A stretch of 64,000 bases of DNA from Octopus bimaculoides (GCF_001194135.2 NC_069002.1:18596239-18660238); one strand, 5' to 3'. Numbered from the stretch's first letter, positions 13,941-27,443 are shown. Made by a program: numbers and translations. Notes: generated by a model from the letters alone, not told the origin.

Positions 13941-14251
13941 AAAATTTAAATAATAAGGGTGATAAATTGGATATTAATTTGATTAACACCAATTTAAAAC
14001 CAATGACCTAGCATAAAGAAAAATTCTGAAAATTCAGAAAAATCATATTACATACATGTGAGAAGGGATGACCACTAAGCCTTTATGCTAGAAGATCGAC
14101 CATCTACGGTCAAACCACAAAAGAAAAGAATGTTCTCTAGGAAAGAATGTTCTAGTCTACGATTAATTCTTTATTTTTGTATATTTACATTTATCTTGCC
14201 CGTTCATGTTCTGGAGTGCGCTGAATTTCCCTAGAAAATATTCTTTTCTTT
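13941..14251. mobile_element. Second, internally inverted copy of the 531-bp hammerhead-bearing family
   Basis: 13941-14143 aligns by eye to 49574-49780; 14155-14251 aligns to 50547-50647 (opposite orientation). Confidence 0.85.
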
Positions 14252-14426
14252 AACGCCTGTCGATGCTCGTCGTTGCCATACAATCCATCTGAGCAGATTG
14301 CCATATTCGCGGCTGCAACCAGTTTCTAACCGTGTTCCGAATTTGCCAGCTTACTGTTTCTCTGGAGTTTTTGCTGGTTGGGGTTTTTCTGCAAGGCAGA
14401 GTGATCCTGAAATTGATGTGACTCAC

Positions 14427-14525
14427 CATGAGGTAGTGGTCAACTGATCATTCTGCTCCACCCATAACCTTCGTGCACAAGATATCCTGCAGCCCAGTCG
14501 TCCGAGTAATGATAAAACCCAGCAG
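14427..14525 (-). other. Candidate 99-nt exon
   Basis: Acceptor ttttatttgttctggccactatcag, donor ATG/gtgagt, one fully open frame (CWVLSLLGRLGCRISCARRLWVEQNDQLTTTS). Confidence 0.25.
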
Positions 14526-15666
14526 CTGATAGTGGCCAGAACAAATAAAATTTTCACATACTCATTTTAATAAAATTTTGGTTGAAGATTTCTAAGCTTT
14601 TGATTTTCTGGAAACTGGTATATAATACTAATACAATTCTTTGTTTTTCTTTTCTGCTTTTAGTTTTCAAATTTTAGTCGAACACAGGGATACACTACAG
14701 AATTTTACACTTTCTTTTCTGAGCTTCATAGCATTCGATTTAAGGACATATTATATCGTGTCAGAGGATCCCGCGGTCGGTATAATAATAGCCAGAGACA
14801 CTTATGAACATAGTGTTTTCTGCATGTATAGATGACATGCAAACAACTAATGTTGAGAACTAAAGTACACAAAATGTTAGGTGGTTGGTTAGAATTCGTA
14901 TTTACATAACATAGTTTCTCATTAGGGTTATGATCCGATTAAACAGATTAAAAGCCACAGTGATGCTGCAAATAACTAAATACAAAATGTTAATAATGCG
15001 TAATTCTTTTTCTCTATATCAGTTTTATTAGACTGCGTAGATTTTTCATAGGAACTTAACAATGTTAAAATAAATACATTCGTTGTTAGGTATTTTCTAT
15101 ATATACCGCGATTCATTCCACTCATAGTACTCGTCCATAATCTCAATAAATAACTCTTCTAACAGAAGGAAATATTTTTCTGCAGTTTAGAATATTAATT
15201 TCAACAGTGTGAGCATAGGGAGGCGTCAAACTATTCACCTTTTAAGAAGTTTCTCGCATGGCATTTGAAAATGCTAAAAGTTTGAGTTAAATACATTTGC
15301 AGATAGGAGCCAAGAGGTCAGTGATGTCAAACTGAAAAAGAAAGTTTATTATTGGCAAAACAAGTCTTTTACAATACTTCTGAATTTCAACTCCATCACT
15401 CGGGGTAAGATTTTTAAATATAAGAACAATAGCCATTAATACTTCGTTACAATCTGTTCCTAAATTACTTTTCGCTTGAAAATTGGTCTATATTCAGGAT
15501 TCCTTGTGAAGTTTAGTATCTGGTCCTTGAGCATTATATAAGGCCCACGAAGTTGCCGAAGATATTCAGCTGCTTATTAATATTGTGCTTAGTGGCAAGT
15601 TCCTTAGCTTCTACATTATTATTGAAACATAATCGTGTGCGTGCATGTATACACACAATATATATA

Positions 15667-16953
15667 TTACGTCATTAAGAATGAAATGCCTGATTTTCTT
15701 ATGTAGTCGTTTGACAGGTGTTAACTCCAATGTTTTATCATGACGATTCTTTGTTTAACAACATTGAAGAGTTACATCATCACTTTTCAAAATGCAATTC
15801 ATGGTGTCTAATTATATTGTGAATTTTATCTTGTAAATCAATTTTTGTTAACAATGGATAAATAAAAAAATTCACGTTGTTTATGAATATAAGTTCCGTT
15901 GTGGAATCAATGCATCCCAGACAGCTCGAAACATCAATGAGATGTTTGGTGAAGATGTGGCGAATGAGCGCACTGTACGTCGATGGTTTGAGAAGTTCCG
16001 GTCTGGTGACTGTACTCTTGAAAATCAGCCCTGTGGTGGACCTGAGACCAAAGTGGATAATAGTGAGCTGGAAACTGTAATGGAAGCGGATACTTCTCAA
16101 ACTACGTGTAAGTTAGCAGCAAGGTTTGATGCTTTGTTTCCAACTGTATTGGACCATCTGAAACAAATTGGCAAGGTAACGAAACCGGACAAGTGGGTGC
16201 CATACAAACTGAACGAGCACCAAATCACACGGTGTCTTTAAACTTGCTGATCTTTTCTGTTACGGCATAAAAGCGAACCATTTTTGCATCGTGTTCTTAC
16301 GTGAGATTAAAAATGGATTCTTTTCAACAGTAGCAAGCGTTCTGCACAATGGTTGGATAGAGACGAAATTCCAAAACACAATCCAGAAAAAGAATACATT
16401 TACCAACAAAAGCTAATATGTGTCTGTTTAGTAGTCCAACATTGGTGTCATCCAGTAAAGCTTCATGAGACCTGGTAAGTCAATTACAGCGGATGTATAC
16501 ATCAACCAGCTGGATGAAATAATGAGTGAACTTGCAATTAAACAACCGCAATTGGTCAATAGATGCAGGCCAATTCTCTTGCAAGACAATGCTCGACCAC
16601 ATGTTGCACAAAGAACGCTGCTCAAGTTTACAGGAACCGTATTTAGAAGTACTCTGTCATCCACCATATTCACCAGACCTTGCACCAACTGACTATCACA
16701 TTTTCCAGGCATTAGACAACTTTTGGCAAGGAAATAACTTCAAATCTGAAGAAGATGCAAAAACAGCCTTTCCTGATTTCATCACCTCTTGCTCTCCAGA
16801 ATTCTTTGCTGCCAGCATAAATAAGCTACTGATAAAATGGTAAAATTGTGTTGATAATTTATGTGCATACTTTGATTAGCTGCATTGCTTTTTGTTGAGA
16901 TAAAGTAGTTAACTTTCAGTTCAAAATCGGATATTTCATTCTTAGTGACCTGA
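15667..16953 (+). mobile_element. Full-length mariner (DD34D) transposon, inactivated
   Basis: ~1287 bp; TIRs ttacgtcattaagaatgaaatgcctgatttt / aaaatcggatatttcattcttagtgacctga; TA on both sides. Confidence 0.93.
15854..16879 (+). pseudogene. Mariner transposase with stops and frameshifts
   Basis: HTH ERTVRRWFEKFRSGD, WVPYKL (WVPHEL-like), LQDNARPH, HPPYSPDLAPTDY. Confidence 0.93.
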
Positions 16954-17397
16954 TANNNNNNNNNNNNNNNNNNNNNNNNNNNNNNNNNNNNNNNNNNNNN
17001 NNNNNNNNNNNNNNNNNNNNNNNNNNNNNNNNNNNNNNNNNNNNNNNNNNNNNNNNNNNNNNNNNNNNNNNNNNNNNNNNNNNNNNNNNNNNNNNNNNNN
17101 NNNNNNNNNNNNNNNNNNNNNNNNNNNNNNNNNNNNNNNNNNNNNNNNNNNNNNNNNNNNNNNNNNNNNNNNNNNNNNNNNNNNNNNNNNNNNNNNNNNN
17201 NNNNNNNNNNNNNNNNNNNNNNNNNNNNNNNNNNNNNNNNNNNNNNNNNNNNNNNNNNNNNNNNNNNNNNNNNNNNNNNNNNNNNNNNNNNNNNNNNNNN
17301 NNNNNNNNNNNNNNNNNNNNNNNNNNNNNNNNNNNNNNNNNNNNNNNNNNNNNNNNNNNNNNNNNNNNNNNNNNNNNNNNNNNNNNNNNNNNNNNNN

Positions 17398-17432
<35 letters not shown>

Positions 17433-17592
17433 ATATATATATATATATATATATCGATTTAAACGAGGAGAAAAAGAGAAAGAAAAATAGAGAAAAGTGA
17501 GGATTGAGGTGATCCAGGGATAAAATCTGATTGTCCAAATATTCTAAAAATACAAGGGATGCAGGTGGAGGTTCCATGCTGTCTTTTCTCAC

Positions 17593-17660
17593 ATCCGATA
17601 AGTAAATTCCATGGAAAAGGGTGACCACAGCCTGTCGTCTCATAGAAAGAATTGTCGTCT
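17593..17660 (-). other. Candidate 68-nt exon
   Basis: Acceptor ctttgttcttatcttgccaatttctaaag, donor GAT/gtgaga; two open frames. Confidence 0.15.
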
Positions 17661-19598
17661 CTTTAGAAATTGGCAAGATAAGAACAAAGCAGCGATGCAA
17701 TGGGGCGGTATTTATTGATTGTGCTCTACTCATGTGCTGCTATTCTATGTGTTTTGTGTGTTTGTGATTGTTGAAATTAGAGACGATGACAAAATACCCA
17801 AAGAACATTCAAGAAGAGATTTCCAGTGACATTTGTTGAAGTTAGAGAATTAAAAAAAAACGAAGAATTATTTTCAGATACAAAAAATGTGTTTTGCTCG
17901 TAAACAAATTTCTATTACATTCATCATTGGGTTATGTTTTGTTCTTGTGACATGTCGAATATACTTATGTGTTATTCTGTGTAACATTTACACATACACA
18001 TTTACATATACACTGACGTCAAATATACAGATGCACACCAATACTCACGCACACACATTCATGTATTAACAGGATTATATACTCAGACATATGCATACAC
18101 ATCCAGCAACAATCTTACAAGCATAAATTTTATGTTGATGTACCGAAAGAAGATTCATAAAAGCAAATAACAATAAAATAACTCGATGAGGATATAAAAT
18201 CTAATAACACATGCACACACACACACGTACACACACACAAATGCGCACGCACAAATGGACATAAGAAACACATACACACAAATACATACACATAGATACA
18301 TATAAATGCATTCATACATGTACTAACATCCGTCTTTCTGTCTTTCAGTCTGTCACTCTCTATGTATATATATATGTATATATATACATATATATNNNNN
18401 NNNNNNNNNNNNNNNNNNNNNNNNNNNNNNNNNNNNNNNNNNNNNNNNNNNNNNNNNNNNNNNNNNNNNNNNNNNNNNNNNNNNNNNNNNNNNNNNNNNN
18501 NNNNNNNNNNNNNNNNNNNNNNNNNNNNNNNNNNNNNNNNNNNNNNNNNNNNNNNNNNNNNNNNNNNNNNNNNNNNNNNNNNNNNNNNNNNNNNNNNNNN
18601 NNNNNNNNNNNNNNNNNNNNNNNNNNNNNNNNNNNNNNNNNNNNNNNNNNNNNNNNNNNNNNNNNNNNNNNNNNNNNNNNNNNNNNNNNNNNNNNNNNNN
18701 NNNNNNNNNNNNNNNNNNNNNNNNNNNNNNNNNNNNNNNNNNNNNNNNNNNNNNNNNNNNNNNNNNNNNNNNNNNNNNNNNNNNNNNNNNNNNNNNNNNN
18801 NNNNNNNNNNNNNNNNNNNNNNNNNNNNNNNNNNNNNNNNNNNNNNNNNNNNNNNNNNNNNNNNNNNNNNNNNNNNNNNNNNNNNNNNNNNNNNNNNNNN
18901 NNNNNNNNNNNNNNNNNNNNNNNNNNNNNNNNNNNNNNNNNNNNNNNNNNNNNNNNNNNNNNNNNNNNNNNNNNNNNNNNNNNNNNNNNNNNNNNNNNNN
19001 NNNNNNNNNNNNNNNNNNNNNNNNNNNNNNNNNNNNNNNNNNNNNNNNNNNNNNNNNNNNNNNNNNNNNNNNNNNNNNNNNNNNNNNNNNNNNNNNNNNN
19101 NNNNNNNNNNNNNNNNNNNNNNTATATATATATATGTATATATATACATATATATATATTTACATATATATATATGCATGTATATATATATATATATATA
19201 TATATACTTATATAGCATTTACATATACACACATACATGTATGTATGTGTTATATACATATATATGTGTGCATAATGTGTGAGTGGTTCTACTTATGTTA
19301 AGAGATATAGAAAGTAAAAAATTTATCCAGCAGACAACGAAAAGATTTCATAGAAAATAAAATATAGACTTGGAAATGTCTGACAGTAAAACGTGTAAGA
19401 AAGAAAAGTAAATGTCAGTTCCATTGCAGACATATTTTATCTTTATATTTATTTCGACTTGGCTCAGGTAACTTGCAATGAATCACCAAACTACAAGTCA
19501 AACAGGACAATTGTTAATGTTTCAACCCAAAATACATCTTGGAATGAATACATGTATATATACATACATACAGACATATATACATATATATGTATATG

Positions 19599-19645
<47 letters not shown>

Positions 19646-20518
19646 NNNNNNNNNNNNNNNNNNNNNNNNNNNNNNNNNNNNNNNNNNNNNNNNNNNNNNN
19701 NNNNNNNNNNNNNNNNNNNNNNNNNNNNNNNNNNNNNNNNNNNNNNNNNNNNNNNNNNNNNNNNNNNNNNNNNNNNNNNNNNNNNNNNNNNNNNNNNNNN
19801 NNNNNNNNNNNNNNNNNNNNNNNNNNNNNNNNNNNNNNNNNNNNNNNNNNNNNNNNNNNNNNNNNNNNNNNNNNNNNNNNNNNNNNNNNNNNNNNNNNNN
19901 NNNNNNNNNNNNNNNNNNNNNNNNNNNNNNNNNNNNNNNNNNNNNNNNNNNNNNNNNNNNNNNNNNNNNNNNNNNNNNNNNNNNNNNNNNNNNNNNNNNN
20001 NNNNNNNNNNNNNNNNNNNNNNNNNNNNNNNNNNNNNNNNNNNNNNNNNNNNNNNNNNNNNNNNNNNNNNNNNNNNNNNNNNNNNNNNNNNNNNNNNNNN
20101 NNNNNNNNNNNNNNNNNNNNNNNNNNNNNNNNNNNNNNNNNNNNNNNNNNNNNNNNNNNNNNNNNNNNNNNNNNNNNNNNNNNNNNNNNNNNNNNNNNNN
20201 NNNNNNNNNNNNNNNNNNNNNNNNNNNNNNNNNNNNNNNNNNNNNNNNNNNNNNNNNNNNNNNNNNNNNNNNNNNNNNNNNNNNNNNNNNNNNNNNNNNN
20301 NNNNNNNNNNNNNNNNNNNNNNNNNNNNNNNNNNNNNNNNNNNNNNNNNNNNNNNNNNNNNNNNNNNNNNNNNNNNNNNNNNNNNNNNNNNNNNNNNNNN
20401 NNNNNNNNNNNNNNNNNNNNNNNNNNNNNNNNNNNNNNNNNNNNNNNNNNNNNNNNNNNNNNNNNNNNNNNNNNNNNNNNNNNNNNNNNNNNNNNNNNNN
20501 NNNNNNNNNNNNNNNNNA

Positions 20519-20620
20519 GGCTTCTAAAGAATAAGTCCTGGGGTCGATTTGCTCGACTAAAAGGCGGTGCTCCAGCATGGCCACAGTCAAAGGACTGAAA
20601 CAAGTAAAAGAGTAAAAGAG
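20519..20620 (+). mobile_element. SINE family B, 3' end
   Basis: gaataagtcctggggtcgatttgctcgactaaaaggcggtgctccagcatggcc...gagtaaaagag tail. Confidence 0.88.
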
Positions 20621-20653
20621 TATATATACATTTTGATATAGGTATATATAGTG

Positions 20654-20689
<36 letters not shown>

Positions 20690-20703
20690 GTGAGTGTGTG
20701 TGA

Positions 20704-20740
<37 letters not shown>

Positions 20741-21125
20741 AGAGAGAGATAGAGAGAGAGAGAAAGAAAGAGAGAGAGAGACAGAGAGAGAGTGTGTGTG
20801 TGTTTGAAGTTGTGTGCAGCTACTGAATATTGACAAAAAGAAGGCAGTCAGAATTTTGGATAATACTTTATTAACGCTTTTGTTCGTCACCCGAACTCTT
20901 CAAGTCAAAACTTTAAAACATTTTGGTTTTAATTTTTGTCTTGAAGAGTTGGGTTATATATATGATGATGATGATGTTTGCCAACTCGATTTCCAGTAGA
21001 GCCATTGCTTGATTTCTTTATGCCCCAGAATATCGTCGATGAGCTGCACGAATATGGCTTTTGAGGCCTGTCAAAGATTAGAATGCTTTTTGACAATTAG
21101 TGCAAGAAAACTTGGTGATTGTATT

Positions 21126-22380
21126 TAGAAGTGAAAAAAGTATTCGTACAGAACATAAATAACTGATAATTCCGATTTAATACTTCGTAGCATAACCATT
21201 ATTCAGTTCCACTTCAACCAATCTCTTCTTGTAGTTCTTAATCAATGACTCGCATGTTTCTTTAGGAATTATTTCCCATTCTTCTTGACACATTTTCTTC
21301 AAATCTGGAATGCATATTGGGGCTCTTGAATGAATTTCAATTTTCTAATAACGCCACAAATGTTCAATGGGATTCAAGTCAGGTAACTGGCTTGGCCATT
21401 CTAATAATTTTATATTGTGATTGACAATCCATTTTTTTGTAGACTTCGCTGTTTGCTTAGAGTCGTTATCCTGTTGTAAAACCCACCCTTCACAAAGCTG
21501 GAAATTTTTCTACAGAGTCCCATAACTTGTTCAAAATATTTTGGTACATCTGCATTCATTCTACTATCTATCACATGTAAATCGTCAGTGCCATTTGCAG
21601 AGAAACACCGCTACAGCATGATGTTGCTACCTCCAAACTTTACAGTAGGAATTGTATTTTTCAGCAAATAGGCGGTACCATCTTTCCTCTAAGCATGGCT
21701 ACCCGAATTTCGTCCAAACAATTCAATTTTCGACTCGTCTGTCCATAGAACATTTTCCCAGAATGTATCAGATCTATCTTTATGTTCATACACAAATTTT
21801 AAACGGGCATCTGTATGCCTTTTAGTCAACAGTGAAGTTTTACTTGGAGAGCATGACTTCACTTCATTCCTATGAAGTTCATTACTGATTGTTCGTAGTG
21901 TAACACTGGTCCCTGAAGCTAACAAATCTTCTTGCAAATCCTTTCTGGTGATCATTGCGTTTTTTTTCGATTCTTCGCTTCATTTTTCTTAAAGATCTAG
22001 GGGAAATCTTGCGTGGTGCACCGGATCTTATTCTATTTTCAACAGTTCCCGATTTTTTATATCTTTGAATAAATGAAGATATGGTAGAAAATGGAATACA
22101 AAGGGTCTCTGATATTTTCCTGTAATTTTTACCTGCTTTCCACTGTTCAATAATTAAGTTTTTCACTGAATTTGTGAGTTCTTTACTTTTCGCCATTATT
22201 ACAACACTACTTTATGTTGTCGCAGTGCTGAATGAAGAAGCTAGCGTTTTGGCACTTAAAAATGACCAATGATAAGATTATTGGAACAAAACAAGAAAAT
22301 TCTAGTAAAAAAAAAATTAAACTATTTTGTGGCATAGAAACTCATAAATTTATTCTGTATGAATACTTTTTTCACTCCTA
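21126..22380 (-). mobile_element. Full-length Tc1-like (DD34E) transposon, inactivated; transposase ~22196 to 21177
   Basis: TIRs tagaagtgaaaaaagtattcgtacagaa / ttctgtatgaatacttttttcactccta; [43 protein letters not shown]. Confidence 0.93.
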
Positions 22381-22655
22381 AATATTTATAATTGTAAATC
22401 AATTCATTAGTTACTATAATTTATTAGTTTCTTTTGCATATTCTTAGTTTATGCATGCGTATGCAAATATAGTATTGGTATATCCCATTTATGTTCATTA
22501 GAAATTAAATAAATAAATAATTTTGACATGTACGAATATTTGTTCCCCCCCACTATATATATGTGTGTGTTTATGTGTGTGTGTGTGTGTGTGTGCGTGT
22601 GTGCGTGTGTGTGTGTATGTCTGTGCGTACGCGTGTATGTTTGTGTGTGTGTATA

Positions 22656-22876
22656 CACGAGATAGTACTGAATATTCCTCGCTTTGGGCCAAAGAAAATA
22701 CAGTGAGTTCAGTTAACTATGATTTTATTTAATACATTCCTCTCTGAGATTCACAGCTTATTGCAGCGGTTCTTCCGTTTTTTCTAAACCCTGTAAAAGA
22801 ACTCGGAATGTTGGGGCTCCTAACCAGGCCTTTCGTGATAACCTTAGCGCCAGGAACTTTTCAGTTCCCCTTCCTA
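22656..22876. mobile_element. Mariner-derived MITE
   Basis: ~220 bp, degenerate TIRs (cacgagatagtactgaatattcctcgctt / ccaggaacttttcagttcccc), TA flanks, no ORF. Confidence 0.7.
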
Positions 22877-22949
22877 TATATCTTAACTTTTTGCAAGAAA
22901 GAAAAATTCGGTACAGTCACAATAGTTAATGACATTGTTAGTTGTTCTT

Positions 22950-23290
22950 AACTGTTAAAAACAATGTTTTTCGCAAAACAGAATGTTACGAAGCTTTTTC
23001 GTATTATGCAGTTCGTGTGTTTAATCTGTGTAGAGGAAATTCGTTTTAGAATTCTTATAAAGTATATTTCTTGTACCTTTAATAGTTGATCATTTTCTTT
23101 TCGAAAATCGAAATATCTAAAACTTTGCACTAATGTCTAGATGTTCTAAGAGATGAATGATTAATCTGCTGTTTGTGCACACTAACAAGGTTCCTTTGTT
23201 TTGTTCCTGTGTCTCCGATGTAATTCTCGTTGCACTAAGTGCATAGGATGCAGTAGGTGAGACTTTTGACTGAGCAGTTCATGCTCTGCA

Positions 23291-23346
<56 letters not shown>

Positions 23347-24750
23347 TTGTTTTTACCTTCCGTTTGAATGTTTTTGCGTTAGGTTGAGGCTGGGATTTCT
23401 TTTGATTTGATTATGGCAATATTTGTTTTATATTTTGGGGCTATTTTGATTCTGAAGGTAACATATTTAGTGCTATCAATTGTTTCTGTCTGTAACTATT
23501 GGGAATATGCGTCATATTCAATAGTATTTTCGTTTTTGTATGGGAAGGAGGACAAGATCTAAAATCTAAATATTGGTGTATGTGTGTGTGTGTCTTTTCA
23601 GTAGATTTCGGTTGTAGCTGTCTCATTTTCTTTATCATAAGAATGTCTAGAAAAGATAGTTTCATTGCAGCCATTTCCGTATTGAACAAGATCGATTCAT
23701 GAATTCTATTTATTGATTTAAGGAATCTTGTAAGGTCTTCCTTACTTTTTGTCCCAAAATAAAAAGTAGCTCTCGAAGAATATTTTTCAACTTCCTATTC
23801 AATAGGGTTCGAAATATTGATCAAAGAAATTCCAGAGAGTGTATAGATCTTGTCTTGTCTTCCAGGATCTCCATTAATAGTGTCGCAAACGTTGGTGCAA
23901 CTTGTTACCATTATTGTGCCTGGCATTTGCAGGTACTATTGGTTATCAAAGAAGTAGTTGTTTTCTAGTACCAGTCGTAATCCTTCAAGTGTATATTTTG
24001 TCGGGAATCTCTTCTGAATTCTTTGTGAGTAATTGTTTATCTCAAATTCTACTACCTCTAATCCTAATCCATTGGGAATATTTATGTACAAGGATCGTTT
24101 CTTTATCTGCTCTTTCTTGAATATGGTTTAGGAAGTTCATGTAATCTCTGATGAAACTAGGGATCAATTTGCACAAGGTTTTGAAAATTGTCTAATAAAT
24201 GCTTAATCACTGGGTGCTAAATGCTAGTTGGGTTCTAAATTGTGCGTTATTTTTGGTTAGAGATTTTGAGAATTTTCACATATGGAGCATTTTGTTATTG
24301 ATTTCTGTAGATTTATGAATTTTTTTAGTGCATGAAAGTTACTTCTTTTTACCACAGAATTAATGAGATAAACCAAATCCTTTATCATTAAGAATTTTTT
24401 ATGTTTTCCGTAAATTTACCAATTTTATTCATTGTTTATCTGCATTGACTTCTAATTTTTTTTGTTGAAATTTCCCTGTAATGAGTCTTGTCCATTGTTA
24501 CACTAGCTTCTCCTTTTTCAGCTTCTTTAATAACTGTAGAAGAATCTTTCTTTACACATTTTGGTGCATCTTTCCTTCATTCGTAATACTTGTTTTTATA
24601 TGGTTTCTTGGAATGTTTGAAGTTGCAGATTTTTCCAGACACATTATTATGCCATAAAGTGTTTATTGCTGCTCGTTAGAAGTTTAATTCCGATTTTGTT
24701 TATCACAAGTGATGGATCTTCATCGTGTTTATTTTGGAAGACAAATACTC
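22950..24750 (-). mobile_element. Decayed Penelope-like element (Neptune-type)
   Basis: Minus strand: YTNIPNGLGLE, LVLENNYFFDN, APTFATLLM, LSFLDILM, HQYLDFRSCPPSHTK, MNCSVKSLTYCILCT*CNENYIGDTG, QEIYFIRILK. Confidence 0.85.
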
Positions 24751-24829
24751 GCAAAGACAACAATTATTACTATGGTATTCCGTGCACTTGGTACAACACT
24801 CAAAATGCTTCCTTAAAGCATTTTGTCCC

Positions 24830-24880
24830 TGTGTCTAACTTTCCCCTCACCCAAACCTGCTGGCTTGTACCAAAATTTGA
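24830..24880 (+). mobile_element. SINE family A, 3' tail remnant
   Basis: ccctcacccaaacctgctggcttgtaccaaaatttgaaa resembles family A tails in this window. Confidence 0.5.
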
Positions 24881-25539
24881 AATCATTATTATCATTATTG
24901 TCGTTATTGTTGTTGCTCAAGTTTAGCCTTGATTTGCCAGAATTAAGCATTTTATGACAGGCAACCCTTCCGTCCTTCTGTATATCTACGACCACACCTA
25001 TGCACGACTATCCAATGTGCTTTATGGCTTTCAATAAAACAAGGTTATATTCGAGCCATTTTGATTGTTGTTTCTAACAGGTCATGTGACCATGTAGACG
25101 CTGTGTCATTGACTTTTAAAATGTCCAGTTGCTGTTATTATTGCTCTTAATGCTGCTGGTATTCAATCCCTGCTCAGTGTGCATCAAATAGGCCTATAAT
25201 CGATGACATTCCAATCTTGACCACCCACTCATCTTCTACGGACAGCAGAAACTACATTGATCAAAGTATTCTTCTTCTTTATTCAGGATGGAAGGTTGTG
25301 ATTTGATGGCGATTTCGCTGCTGGTCAAACAGAATGATAAAAAGAAAACAGGAACTTTTGGCAAATATGCCTTTTTTCCAGAAGCTGCTGAACTGGTTTC
25401 AATTAGCAAATGAAGGTCGTATGACTGAGCTATTCTGCGCGATCATGGCCCACTGGCCCACAGCCATCATTTCGCTTCTACTGTCTCACATTTATAAGGC
25501 AAACAACCATCATATCTATAACCACCAACGAAACTGCCA

Positions 25540-26470
25540 TTATCATGACTGCCAGCACCACCATAACCCCCGCCAACACCACATCATCAACAACAACAAC
25601 AACAACAATCACCACCGTTACCGCCACCACCTCCACTACTATCACCATCACAAAGTCTACCGAAACCACAATCAGCACCACCAACACCNNNNNNNNNNNN
25701 NNNNNNNNNNNNNNNNNNNNNNNNNNNNNNNNNNNNNNNNNNNNNNNNNNNNNNNNNNNNNNNNNNNNNNNNNNNNNNNNNNNNNNNNNNNNNNNNNNNN
25801 NNNNNNNNNNNNNNNNNNNNNNNNNNNNNNNNNNNNNNNNNNNNNNNNNNNNNNNNNNNNNNNNNNNNNNNNNNNNNNNNNNNNNNNNNNNNNNNNNNNN
25901 NNNNNNNNNNNNNNNNNNNNNNNNNNNNNNNNNNNNNNNNNNNNNNNNNNNNNNNNNNNNNNNNNNNNNNNNNNNNNNNNNNNNNNNNNNNNNNNNNNNN
26001 NNNNNNNNNNNNNNNNNNNNNNNNNNNNNNNNNNNNNNNNNNNNNNNNNNNNNNNNNNNNNNNNNNNNNNNNNNNNNNNNNNNNNNNNNNNNNNNNNNNN
26101 NNNNNNNNNNNNNNNNNNNNNNNNNNNNNNNNNNNNNNNNNNNNNNNNNNNNNNNNNNNNNNNNNNNNNNNNNNNNNNNNNNNNNNNNNNNNNNNNNNNN
26201 NNNNNNNNNNNNNNNNNNNNNNNNNNNNNNNNNNNNNNNNNNNNNNNNNNNNNNNNNNNNNNNNNNNNNNNNNNNNNNNNNNNNNNNNNNNNNNNNNNNN
26301 NNNNNNNNNNNNNNNNNNNNNNNNNNNNNNNNNNNNNNNNNNNNNNNNNNNNNNNNNNNNNNNNNNNNNNNNNNNNNCACCACCACCACCATCCACCACA
26401 ACCACCACCACCACCACCGCCATCACCACCACTTCCATCATCATCGTCACAATTGCTACAACTAATTGCC
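25540..26470. repeat. (CAC/CAT/AAC)n trinucleotide tracts flanking a gap
   Basis: Direct reading. Confidence 0.9.
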
Positions 26471-26934
26471 TCCACCACTATAACTGCCAAAACTACAATT
26501 GTGTCACAGTCTACCTTTTTTCTTTTTTATCTCTATGCAACTATTGTCTAAAGAAGATAACAGATGGACATTCCCACTTCTGGTAAGTTCTATCGACGAA
26601 GAATTGTTTCAAGAGGCATGGCCTCTTTGAAGACATTTTCTCTTTAACACCAGTGCCAGTACACAGCTGCAGTAATTACCTTAACGCCGGTGCCGTCGTC
26701 ACCGCTCAGCTTCTTTCTTTAAACTTACTAAATAATGAGATCTCCGAAGAAAATAATTCTTGCAGGATAAAAATATAAAAGAAAAGAAGAAACGTCGCAG
26801 GAATAATAGGAGGGAAGAAAGAAAGAAAGAAAGACAGAAGCAAGAGACGTAGCTTCATACACAAAATCACACACATATACACACAAACAAACACATGTGT
26901 GTACCTTACGTGTATGTTTGTGTAGATGTATATA

Positions 26935-26988
<54 letters not shown>

Positions 26989-27056
26989 CGTACATGCGTG
27001 TGTGTATGTATGTATATGTGTGTGTGTGTATATACATGATACATATNNNNNNNNNN

Positions 27057-27093
<37 letters not shown>

Positions 27094-27406
27094 TCAGTAA
27101 ATAGTGGGGTTGTATTAACCGCACGTGGAGAAATAATAGGAAAATGATATATATTATATATATATATAATATATATAAAATCGGTGTGTGTATGTATATA
27201 CAAATATATATATGTCTATATATGTGTATATATATATGTATGCATACGTATGCATACGTATATATGTATATACACACACACACATATATATATACATACA
27301 TACATACATACATACATACACACACACATACATACATATTATGATTGACCGTTGACTGAACACTATTCAATTTTTTTTCTCCGTGTTTTTCTCCTTGTCT
27401 CCGTAT

Positions 27407-27443
27407 TCTTTCTGTTGAAGAGCGTAGCTCGAAACGTCAAAGA
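27407..27443 (+). ncRNA. Hammerhead-like motif in an orphan PLE pLTR (A6 replaced by U)
   Basis: TCTTT | CTGTTGA A | GAGC-GTA-GCTC | GAAA CG TC | AAAGA. Confidence 0.55.
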
